Source of the DNA: Dysgonamonadaceae bacterium
GTDB taxonomy: Bacteria; Bacteroidota; Bacteroidia; Bacteroidales; Dysgonomonadaceae
DNA: 44,265 nt
Direction of reading: 5' to 3'
Assembly (NCBI GenBank): GCA_028696875.1
Contig: JAQVGF010000002.1
Span: 1 to 44,265, forward strand
Part shown: positions 9,351 to 17,503 of the stretch, one piece after another
Layout: each line of letters starts with the position of its first letter
How positions within the stretch are numbered: position 1 is the first letter of the stretch
Program-made: the position numbers and the translations under genes
Notes under the pieces: generated by a model
What the model was told of the DNA's origin: nothing
What the model saw: the letters and a program-made list of their open reading frames with translations, nothing else
Databases searched by the model: none

Positions 9351-10445
9351 ATGCGTATAAAAGATATCCTTCAAATTATTGAAACGTTGGCACCTTTGCC
9401 ATTGCAAGAAGATTACGATAACAGCGGAATACAAGTAGGAGATACAAACAAAGAGGCAACAGGAGCGCTCTTTTGTATCGATGTGACAGAAGATGTTATT
9501 GATGAAGCCATATCGTTGAAATGCAACTTAATTATTTCGCATCATCCCATTGCATTTAAACCTTTCAAATCGTTGACGGGAAGAAATTATGTGGAGCGAT
9601 GCATGATTAAAGCTATCAAAAATGATATTGCTTTGTACGCTGCTCATACCAATTTAGATAATGCAAAAGATGGAGTTAACTTTAAATTGGCATCGATGTT
9701 GGGCTTGGAAAATGTCAAAATATTGACACCCAAGAAGAATGCTCTTTTGAAGTTTGTAACCACTGTTCCACACAGTCATGAAGAAATAGTTCGCAATGCT
9801 ATGTTTAACGCTGGCGCCGGACATATTGGCAATTATGATAGTTGCAGTTACAACTTAGATGGTGAAGGAACTTTTAAAGCGAAAGCAGGAGCAAACCCGC
9901 ATGTTGGGGAGATTGATGAACTGCATTTTGAATCCGAAGTTCGCATAGAAACGGTTGTTCCAATTATCCGAAAAGATGAGGTGATGCGCGCACTGATTGC
10001 AGTACATCCTTACGAAGAGCCGGTGTTTGATCTATATCCCATAACAAATGACTGGAACCAAAACGGGAGTGGCATCACCGGAGTCTTGCCTGAAGGCATG
10101 TCAGAGAATGATTTCTTGTATATGCTTAAAGATGTTTTCAAGCTTCATCATGTTTCATATTCGCGTTTGCGAGGAAAAGAGATTCGCGAAGTTGCAGTTT
10201 GTGGAGGAAGTGGATCATTTTTAATTGGCGATGCCATAAATTATGGTGCGGACGTGTTGGTAACGGGCGAAGCAAAATACAATGACTTTTATGACGTCGA
10301 AGATAAGTTATTGCTTGCAAGTATAGGACATTACGAGTCTGAAATTTGTACAAAAGAGCTGTTTTATGATGTTATATCGAAAAAATATCCTAACTTTGCA
10401 ATGCATTTATCGGCTTTCGACTCTAATCCGGTAAATTATTTGTAA
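9351..10445 (+). CDS. Nif3-like dinuclear metal centre protein (GTP cyclohydrolase 1 type 2 homologue, YqfO/YbgI family)
   Basis: N-terminal LAPLPLQEDYDNSGIQVGD, then ISHHP and YAAHTNLD metal-ligand blocks, an inserted PII-like domain, and C-terminal VTGE...GHYESE. 364 aa is the typical long form. Confidence 0.85.
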   Translation: MRIKDILQIIETLAPLPLQEDYDNSGIQVGDTNKEATGALFCIDVTEDVIDEAISLKCNLIISHHPIAFKPFKSLTGRNYVERCMIKAIKNDIALYAAHTNLDNAKDGVNFKLASMLGLENVKILTPKKNALLKFVTTVPHSHEEIVRNAMFNAGAGHIGNYDSCSYNLDGEGTFKAKAGANPHVGEIDELHFESEVRIETVVPIIRKDEVMRALIAVHPYEEPVFDLYPITNDWNQNGSGITGVLPEGMSENDFLYMLKDVFKLHHVSYSRLRGKEIREVAVCGGSGSFLIGDAINYGADVLVTGEAKYNDFYDVEDKLLLASIGHYESEICTKELFYDVISKKYPNFAMHLSAFDSNPVNYL

Positions 10446-10572
10446 ATATAGGCGGTCGACATAAATCCCGCTTCTTACGAATGATGTAGTAAGCAATAAT
10501 AAACTGCGTTAAAACCGCTACAATTATTGATTACTGCATTTTTTTATCTAAAAAAATTAAAATATAAATAGT

Positions 10573-11334
10573 ATGGCTACAAAAAAACGAAAAACAAAAG
10601 AAATATCAGTAGAAGAAAGATTGCGCACGCTTTATAAACTGCAAATGTATCTTTCAGATATTGATAGAATTAGAACACTTCGTGGTGAACTCCCGCTGGA
10701 AGTTGCCGATTTGGATGATGAGATTGCCGGGTTGGGAACGCGCGTTAGTAAGTTTGAGTTGGATTTGAAAGAGATGGAAGCGAACATCACCCAACAAAAG
10801 ATGAAAATTGAAACCAGCAAAGCAAAAATCGAACGATACAATACGCAACTGGAAAATGTGCGCAACAACAAAGAATTCGATCACTTAACCAAAGAGGTGG
10901 AATTTGAAACACTTGAGATTGAATTAGCTGAAAAACGCACCCGTGAATTCACTCAAAAACAAAAAGAGATTAAAGCGCAAATAGAAGAGGCAACGGCTCA
11001 GTTGAACGAAAAAAAGATCGATTTAGATCATAAGCAAAAAGAACTCGACGACATAATTTCGGAAACGAAAGCTAACGAAGAGAAAATTAGAGAAAAGGCA
11101 AAAAAAGTGGAAGCTTCAATTGAGCCTCGGTTAGTCACAGCCTTTAGAAGAATTCGTAAAAATGCACGTAATGGTTTAGGTATTGTCCCAATACAACGTG
11201 GTGCATGTGGCGGATGTTTCAATAAAATTCCACCTCAAAGACAGATGGATATAAAATTGGGCAAAAAAGTAATCGTTTGTGAATATTGTGGAAGAATTAT
11301 GATTGATCCGGAAATTGCTGGGATTAAGGAGTAA
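10573..11334 (+). CDS. Coiled-coil C4 zinc-ribbon protein (COG1579/DUF164-type), the conserved nif3 partner
   Basis: Long heptad-rich coiled coil followed by CGGCFNKIPPQ...CEYCGRIM. The gene order nif3 then zinc-ribbon is widely conserved. Confidence 0.8.
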   Translation: MATKKRKTKEISVEERLRTLYKLQMYLSDIDRIRTLRGELPLEVADLDDEIAGLGTRVSKFELDLKEMEANITQQKMKIETSKAKIERYNTQLENVRNNKEFDHLTKEVEFETLEIELAEKRTREFTQKQKEIKAQIEEATAQLNEKKIDLDHKQKELDDIISETKANEEKIREKAKKVEASIEPRLVTAFRRIRKNARNGLGIVPIQRGACGGCFNKIPPQRQMDIKLGKKVIVCEYCGRIMIDPEIAGIKE

Positions 11335-11379
11335 TCAGTGATCAGTAATCAGTAATCAGTGATCAGTAAGTAGTGATCA
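11331..11379. repeat. Tandem heptamer array (GTRATCA)x7 that includes the stop codon of the zinc-ribbon gene
   Basis: Read directly: gtaatca gtgatca gtaatca gtaatca gtgatca gtaagta gtgatca. The TAA stop at 11332-11334 lies inside unit 1. Confidence 0.9.
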
Positions 11380-11420
11380 GATGATATGATTTTATAAATC
11401 GGTTCTATAACATTTTCGAG

Positions 11421-11466
11421 AAGGCTGTTACGAAAGAAGAAATTCTTGTGGGACAGCCTTTTTTAT
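11421..11466 (+). terminator. Rho-independent terminator
   Basis: AAGGCTGT (11421-28) pairs with ACAGCCTT (11453-60). There is an inner AGAA/TTCT stem, and TTTTAT follows. Confidence 0.65.
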
Positions 11467-11490
11467 CGTTGATTCTGGAAATTCTAACCG

Positions 11491-11657
11491 TACATTGCAG
11501 CTCTCATTCGCATTGTGCATAGGTTAACTCTCTCTCTCTCTCGCTGGCGCGACACACCGATTGCAAATCGGCTCGAGCGGAGCACTCAGCCAAAGTCTCC
11601 TTTAGGGGATTTAGGGGTAAAACTTCACTTTGCAGATCGTCACCTGCAATGTGCATT
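11491..11657. repeat. GC-rich REP-like composite element (CGCTGGCGC family), copy 2, with a (CT)7 run
   Basis: It contains CTCGCTGGCGCG, the hairpin CCGATTgcaaATCGG, and two direct ~28-nt modules TGCAG..GCAWTGTGCAT at each end. (CT)7C occupies 11528-11542. It sits between convergent genes. Confidence 0.55.
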
Positions 11658-11721
11658 ATAAGAAACCAAGTTATGTACACTGCGGTTTGGAACCTCAATA
11701 TCCGAACTTCCTGGTACAACC

Positions 11722-13485
11722 TCAACTCTCTCCCTTTTCGCTCATCAGCATATTCAGTGCTTCATCAAACGATCCTGCCGCAATAATTCTTTGAGAATTT
11801 ACAAAGAATATTTCGTCTGCATTTTTTATGGTATTAAGACGATGCGCAATAATCACTTTCGTTGTTGAGATAGGTAAATTATTGAGAATAATTTCAAGCT
11901 GTTTTTCAGTTACTGTATCGATATTTGCGGTAGCTTCATCCAGAATCAGTAGCTCCGGTTTTCGTAGAATCGCCCGCATAAAAGCAATAATCTGTTTTTG
12001 ACCCAAACTTATACTATCTCCTGACATCTCAATGGGCGTTTCAAGCCCTTTTTCAAATGGTTTGAGCAGATTTAAAAGCTGAGCGTTACCCAGCTCTTTT
12101 TCAAGCTGTTCGTTTGTGAGCGCACCACATTCACTATTTCCATAAAGAATATTCTCGCGTATTGTTCCCGTGAAAAGTATGGGGTCCTGAAGTATAAATC
12201 CTACCTTAGAAGCTCTTTCACAAGCGGTGTACGATCGGATGTCTTTGCCGTCAAGCAAAATAGTTCCTTTTGTGACATCGTACAATCGACTAATTAACGA
12301 TGCGGTAGTTGTTTTGCCTCCGCCTGTTGGACCCACGAAAGCATAGGTTTTACCTCGTTGCAAATCGAAACTAACATCTTTCAGCACTTCTTCCCCAGTT
12401 GGATAGGAGAACGAAACATTCCGGAAGTGTATAAGCGATGAACCAAAAGTGTCATTCATACTTTCAATAATTGGCAGATTGCTTTTTAGCGAAAGCAGAT
12501 GAGAAATCCTATCCCAAGCCGCAAGCGTTAATTGAAAACTTGCCCAAAGATTGGCAATTTGTCGCAATGGATTATAGAAATTAGAAACATACGCAATGAA
12601 GCTTATCAACAAACCTACCGAAAAACGTCCTTGAATAATAAGCCAGATACCCAACGATAACACTATGAGCTGTCCAATATTTGATGCAAACGTATAAATT
12701 GGACTCAAAATGCTATTGGCAATACCGGCACGAATAGATTTTTTGTAATTCTCCCTGTTTGCATCCTTTAGACGTTTGCGAAAATAGTCACGTCGATTGA
12801 ATGCAACCACAACTTTGAAGTTTGCAAGGCCTTCCTGAACTTCAGCAGAGAGATTGCCCAAGCTTTTGAGTGTGGCTTCGTTCTTTCTTCGAATCCACGG
12901 AGAGACGCTTATTGTAAAGATTAATAAAAGAAGTGTAGGAGAAAGTGTCGCCAATCCCAATGGCAGATTTATTGCCAGAAGAAATATTCCGGCTCCTACC
13001 ATTATTATTAAATTTCTAATAAATTGCATCAACGATTGAGAGAAAAACTGATTCAACTTATCCGTATCGTTGTTGATGCGCGAAATGAGATCGCCCGCTT
13101 TATTTTGATTGAAAAAATCGAGCGGAAGCTCTTGAAGTTTTTCGAAAACAGAATTACGTAGACGGAAGAGCATACGTTGCCCTATTCCGCCCATCATACG
13201 AATCTGCACATAGTTGAGAATATATGCTGAAATGTAAATTACCAAAAGTATTCCTGCAAAAATGAGTACTCCTTGGTAATTTTTTGTTTGAACATGTGCG
13301 TCAATTGTGTAACCTAACAGATAAGGCCCCAGCAAACTTAATCCGGCATTTAGAAGAATTGCCACAAATGCAACAATGAGATTGCGGCGCTCCTTACCGA
13401 TAATAGTGAATAGTTTTTGCAGTGATGCAAGCACCCTACGCCTTCCTTTAATTTTCTTATATGGTTTATTCAGATTATAATTCAT
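11722..13485 (-). CDS. ABC exporter half-transporter (TMD-NBD), the canonical-Walker-B / degenerate-signature subunit
   Basis: Six-TM ABC_membrane domain. Walker A is GPTGGGKTT, the signature is degenerate (ISLGQKQ rather than LSGGQ), Walker B is LLILDEAT and the H-loop is IAHRL. Confidence 0.85.
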   Translation of the reverse strand: MNYNLNKPYKKIKGRRRVLASLQKLFTIIGKERRNLIVAFVAILLNAGLSLLGPYLLGYTIDAHVQTKNYQGVLIFAGILLVIYISAYILNYVQIRMMGGIGQRMLFRLRNSVFEKLQELPLDFFNQNKAGDLISRINNDTDKLNQFFSQSLMQFIRNLIIMVGAGIFLLAINLPLGLATLSPTLLLLIFTISVSPWIRRKNEATLKSLGNLSAEVQEGLANFKVVVAFNRRDYFRKRLKDANRENYKKSIRAGIANSILSPIYTFASNIGQLIVLSLGIWLIIQGRFSVGLLISFIAYVSNFYNPLRQIANLWASFQLTLAAWDRISHLLSLKSNLPIIESMNDTFGSSLIHFRNVSFSYPTGEEVLKDVSFDLQRGKTYAFVGPTGGGKTTTASLISRLYDVTKGTILLDGKDIRSYTACERASKVGFILQDPILFTGTIRENILYGNSECGALTNEQLEKELGNAQLLNLLKPFEKGLETPIEMSGDSISLGQKQIIAFMRAILRKPELLILDEATANIDTVTEKQLEIILNNLPISTTKVIIAHRLNTIKNADEIFFVNSQRIIAAGSFDEALNMLMSEKGES

Positions 13486-15223
13486 ACTGTTCTGTGCTTT
13501 GTTGTGATTTATAAATCTGAATATATTCCGGTGAACGCTTCATTAAATCCTTGTGTTGTCCCGAAGCTATAATTTCTCCTCCCATGAGGAGGAGTATTTG
13601 GTCAAAATCTTTTACCGGTTCAATTTTTTGAGTAATGGATATGAGTGTCAAATCGGGATAATTGCTCTGAATATTAGCAAGGATTCTATCTTCGGTTTTT
13701 TGATCCACCCTTGCCGTAAAATCATCAAGAAGCAGTATGTTTGGGTTTAAAGTCAGCGCTCTTGCCAGCATAATTCTTTGTTTTTGTCCTCCGGACAGAC
13801 TGCTCCCTCTTTCTGAAACTATGGTTTCTAACTTTTGAGGCAATGATTCAATAAAATTGGATAACTCCGCTGTTTCGATTGCTTTTTGCAACGCCTCTTC
13901 TGTAACCGAATCGCTGAAACCAATGTTTTCTTCTAAACTCATGTTGAATAACACGCTATCCTGAAAAACCAACCCAACATCTTTGTACAATGTTTCTCGT
14001 GCATATTTATCAATAGAAATTCCATCCATTTCGATGGTTCCCGAATCAGCCGGAATCAGATTGGTAAGGAGATAGAGCAATTGACTTTTGCCTGCGGCAG
14101 TGGGACCAATGATAGCAGTTTTACTACCGGCTTTAACCGAAAATGAAACGTTTTTTAGAATAGGTTTATCTTCGTATGTCAGTGAAACGTTTTTTAGTAG
14201 AATATTTCCTTTTACCTCACTTTTTATGGTTCCTTCTTCTTGGGGTGGCGGTGTAGAAAGAATACTTTGTATCCTCTCGTTGGAAGCAGTGGCCGATGCA
14301 ATTACGTTACTCATAAATCCTATCAGCATAACCGGAAAAATGAGCATAACAACATAACTGTTGAATGCGGCAAAATCACCAATAGTCATGGTGTCCATAA
14401 CCACATAATGACCACCTAACGCAAGAATCAGAACGATGGCAAGATTTGAAACAAACATAATGCTGGGAACAAGTATTGAAAAAAGACGAACAATCGAAAG
14501 TCCCAAATTTCTCGACTCCATGTTCTTTTCAAGAAACTTCTGATTTTCGGGTTGTTGTGAATTCAATACCCTAATGAGGGCTGCGCCCAAGATGCTTTCG
14601 TTTATAATCTTATTGAGTGCATCAATTACTTGACGGCTTTTTCTGAAAATATTCCTCGCTTTCCAGAATACAATATAAAAAGCAGTCCCAATTATGGGAA
14701 CTATCCCAAGTACTGCGAGAGCTAATTTCAAGTTGATCATTAACATTAAAACTGCTACACCAATAATGACAAAGAAAGAAGAGATGATGGCAACAAAAGC
14801 TTGTGCAACAAATGTTTTTACTGAATCCATATCAGAAGTCAGATTTGTAAGCAACTTGGATGGATTGGAACCGATAATAAATGAAAGGCTTTGATGAGAC
14901 AACTTAGCAACGATTTTGTTACGCAGATCGCGTGCAACTCTTTCCGCAGTAAAAGTTTGTAGCACGCCTTGAAGCGCAGTAAAAATAAATATACCCGTTG
15001 CAGCAAGCAGGAATTGAGTTATAACTTTGACGATATCGAAGTTATTGGCAGAAAAAGCATCAATTGCCGAACCAATTATTTTGGGGATAACCAGATTGAT
15101 GCCACTTGCTGTCATTGCAATTATGACAAGCATAGAAACCATCCCTTTATAGGGCTTGAGAACACCAAATAAATTGGTGTTCTTTTCCTTTTCAGGTTCG
15201 GATTGTATGTTGTTGCGATTCAT
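13475..15223 (-). CDS. ABC exporter half-transporter (TMD-NBD), the degenerate-Walker-B subunit
   Basis: Walker A is GPTAAGKSQ and the signature LSGGQKQR is canonical. Walker B is ILLLDDFT, so the catalytic Glu is replaced by Asp. The H-loop His is replaced (ISITQK). It overlaps the downstream partner by 11 nt. Confidence 0.85.
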   Translation of the reverse strand: MNRNNIQSEPEKEKNTNLFGVLKPYKGMVSMLVIIAMTASGINLVIPKIIGSAIDAFSANNFDIVKVITQFLLAATGIFIFTALQGVLQTFTAERVARDLRNKIVAKLSHQSLSFIIGSNPSKLLTNLTSDMDSVKTFVAQAFVAIISSFFVIIGVAVLMLMINLKLALAVLGIVPIIGTAFYIVFWKARNIFRKSRQVIDALNKIINESILGAALIRVLNSQQPENQKFLEKNMESRNLGLSIVRLFSILVPSIMFVSNLAIVLILALGGHYVVMDTMTIGDFAAFNSYVVMLIFPVMLIGFMSNVIASATASNERIQSILSTPPPQEEGTIKSEVKGNILLKNVSLTYEDKPILKNVSFSVKAGSKTAIIGPTAAGKSQLLYLLTNLIPADSGTIEMDGISIDKYARETLYKDVGLVFQDSVLFNMSLEENIGFSDSVTEEALQKAIETAELSNFIESLPQKLETIVSERGSSLSGGQKQRIMLARALTLNPNILLLDDFTARVDQKTEDRILANIQSNYPDLTLISITQKIEPVKDFDQILLLMGGEIIASGQHKDLMKRSPEYIQIYKSQQSTEQYEL

Positions 15224-15361
15224 TCTTTTTCAAAGTATTCTCTGTGTCTTTAACATTTTTCGTGCTTGTATGTTTATCAAAATGTGAGATTCTGAGTCCT
15301 TTACAGATTCCAGAGACTTGATTCTTCTAAGTCCTTTGATTGAGCAAATAAAAATGTTCTT

Positions 15362-15437
15362 AAATAAGGTAATAAGGTTGGATTAAGTTAGTTATGTGAC
15401 GGTTACTAAGGGCAGAGAAAAGGAAAATAAGGTTTCT
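15362..15437 (-). repeat. Dispersed ~80-nt element ending in CTTATTACCTTAT (module P), copy A
   Basis: The reverse complement reads AAACCTTATTTTCC..CCCTTAGTAACCGTCACATAACTAACTTAATCCAACCTTATTACCTTATTT. It aligns to copies at 31873, 37744 and 42936. Confidence 0.6.
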
Positions 15438-15516
15438 AACTTCTCTCACATACAAAAAAAATACATAATATGCTAAGTACCGAATTAAACCTACTATAGA
15501 ATTTATACGAATCCTG

Positions 15517-15652
15517 ATCGCTGGCGCGAGTTTGTATTTAGTATCTGCCGTAGCAAAGAAAGAATTAGTTTCGCTGCTAACGTTTTACAAAAGCGCGTCA
15601 GCAAATGTCTGGAATACTAATTGCACATTGCGGCACCCATCCGCATTGTCCG
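15517..15652. repeat. GC-rich REP-like element (CGCTGGCGC family), copy 3
   Basis: GCTGGCGCGAGTTTGTA pairs imperfectly with TACAAAAGCGCGTCAGC. The terminal module TTGCACATTGCGGcacccatCCGCATTG resembles the ends of copy 2 in reverse orientation. It lies just 3' of the OMP gene. Confidence 0.5.
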
Positions 15653-15666
15653 ATTTAGATTATCCA

Positions 15667-17412
15667 CTAAAACTTAAACGTAAACCCACCCAAAATACTT
15701 ACACCTTGTGCAGGATGACCGTACCAAATATCGTACGATTGATTGAGAATGTTGTTGGCTTTTACGTTGATAGAAAACATATCGTTTACGTTATAAATAG
15801 CTCCTGCATTCAGATCATTTAAATTATCCATTTCCACATTTTGACCGTTTACAACCGTCCATCTGTCGTTTGCAAAATAATATCCCAACGTTAGTTTTAA
15901 ATCTGAAGTTACAGAGTACGTTCCTCTAATATCTGCTTCAAAACTCGGTTTGTTCCATGCTTTCAATTCTGTTGGTACAACCTCTAAGCCTTTGACTTTG
16001 CTTACGGAGTAAAAATTTTTCTTCACCTTCACAGACAGATCCAAAGGCGACCAAATGTTGCTGTGAATTATACCACCAATGTGCGAGTGGGTTAAATCTC
16101 CCAGGGTAGGATAAAGAAACTCCTGATAATTCGGCTGCTCTGATGGAGTACTATCGGGAGAATAGACCGGATTCAACAATAAAAAATGTTCGCTTTCTGT
16201 TTTTTTGTATCCTCCAAAAAGATCGATTCTAAAACCATCGATTGCACCAATTTTTGTTCCGGCAACAAAATCATAAGGCGTGTATGAATGCTTTACTAAT
16301 GTATTAGGAAGTAGGTAACGTGACTCTTTATACATATCGAGATAGGTGTTTTTTTGTACACCTCCGTTGGCATTCAGATAAAGCGATGTGTTTTCGGTGA
16401 GCATTACAGAGAGTAATGCATTTGGGGAAATATAGAATTGATTTTCATCATCAAATACAAAATCAATGTTGGTCCCTAATCGCACTTTCCAGTTAAACCC
16501 TTCGAAGTGGATATATGGGCTTACATCAAGCATCAGAAAATTTGAAATCTCGTCTTCGTTTTCATTCTGCTCAAACTTATCATAAAAAACGCCGGTGAGA
16601 TTTCCTTTAACACCAAGTAAATTGTCTCCGCCCAAAAAAGATTTATTCAAATCAACTTCGGTTTCAATTTGATTACCGTTCAAACTCTCATCACTCAAAG
16701 TTCTGCCATATTTCGTTGTGAAATAATGGTAGTTTAGCGAACCGGTATAGTTCAGTAAGTCAGGTTGCGTACTCTGCAAAGCTGCTTTTAAATTGAAAAC
16801 ACCCAATATTTGATTGTTGTCATCGTGCATGCGTGCTTTTCCAAAGTTGTTGCCGTAGTAATTAAATTGCGAATGCAAATAAGAGGTATGCAAATCAAAA
16901 TTTACGGTTTCGAAGATATGACGAAAATTTAATTTGGCGAAATTATCCATATACTTCGATTTAATCCAATTTGGAGTAGAAACTTGATTATAATCGATAT
17001 CTCCATTGGTTGAGTTGTGTAAAAACATGAAATTAAGCTTATCCGTTTCGCTGTCTAAAAAGCGAAAACCCAATGCTCCATCAATGTTTGCATAGTTTCC
17101 GGCACGTAAGGATAAATAACCTTTGTGTAAACTAAACGGAATATCTGTCATTATTTCACCCGGTTTAGGGAGTGCTATTTCAAGCGGTGGAGTGGCGCGG
17201 GTGGACCAGGTTGCATAGTCTGTATTGGCTTTTGGTACCTGAGGTTCACGAATTGCAGGCAAACTATTAATTTTATTTGCATCTTGCAAGGTTGGATTAA
17301 ACTCTCGTTCCAATTCCAACTGACGTGTCAAAACCGTGTCTTTGGGAGTTTGAGCAAAAAGAGCGACTGTTGAAAACAATCCTACAATTACAGTGAATAT
17401 ATTTTTTCTCAT
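15667..17412 (-). CDS. Outer-membrane beta-barrel protein (TonB-receptor-like barrel; no plug domain recognised)
   Basis: Signal peptide MRKNIFTVIVGLFSTVALFAQ. The composition is barrel-like, rich in Y/N/G. The C-terminus ...GVSILGGFTFKF has a terminal aromatic residue, which is typical of BAM substrates. Confidence 0.6.
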   Translation of the reverse strand: MRKNIFTVIVGLFSTVALFAQTPKDTVLTRQLELEREFNPTLQDANKINSLPAIREPQVPKANTDYATWSTRATPPLEIALPKPGEIMTDIPFSLHKGYLSLRAGNYANIDGALGFRFLDSETDKLNFMFLHNSTNGDIDYNQVSTPNWIKSKYMDNFAKLNFRHIFETVNFDLHTSYLHSQFNYYGNNFGKARMHDDNNQILGVFNLKAALQSTQPDLLNYTGSLNYHYFTTKYGRTLSDESLNGNQIETEVDLNKSFLGGDNLLGVKGNLTGVFYDKFEQNENEDEISNFLMLDVSPYIHFEGFNWKVRLGTNIDFVFDDENQFYISPNALLSVMLTENTSLYLNANGGVQKNTYLDMYKESRYLLPNTLVKHSYTPYDFVAGTKIGAIDGFRIDLFGGYKKTESEHFLLLNPVYSPDSTPSEQPNYQEFLYPTLGDLTHSHIGGIIHSNIWSPLDLSVKVKKNFYSVSKVKGLEVVPTELKAWNKPSFEADIRGTYSVTSDLKLTLGYYFANDRWTVVNGQNVEMDNLNDLNAGAIYNVNDMFSINVKANNILNQSYDIWYGHPAQGVSILGGFTFKF

Positions 17413-17503
17413 ATTTTATTCTTGTTTTTTTCTTGAGTGTCTAATGTGATACAAAATGTCTGTTTTTTATTAGCAAATTATAATTTCAGATTGAATTCTC
17501 ACA

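Noticed and set aside
11504-11725. A 73-aa minus-strand ORF between the zinc-ribbon gene and the ABC exporter
   Set aside because: It is generated by the GC-rich REP-like element and the (CT)7 tract (translated as ..SERERELT..). It has no start context and overlaps the ABC gene stop.
15532-15822. A 96-aa plus-strand ORF
   Set aside because: It spans REP-like copy 3 and runs antisense into the 3' end of the OMP gene. It has no motifs.
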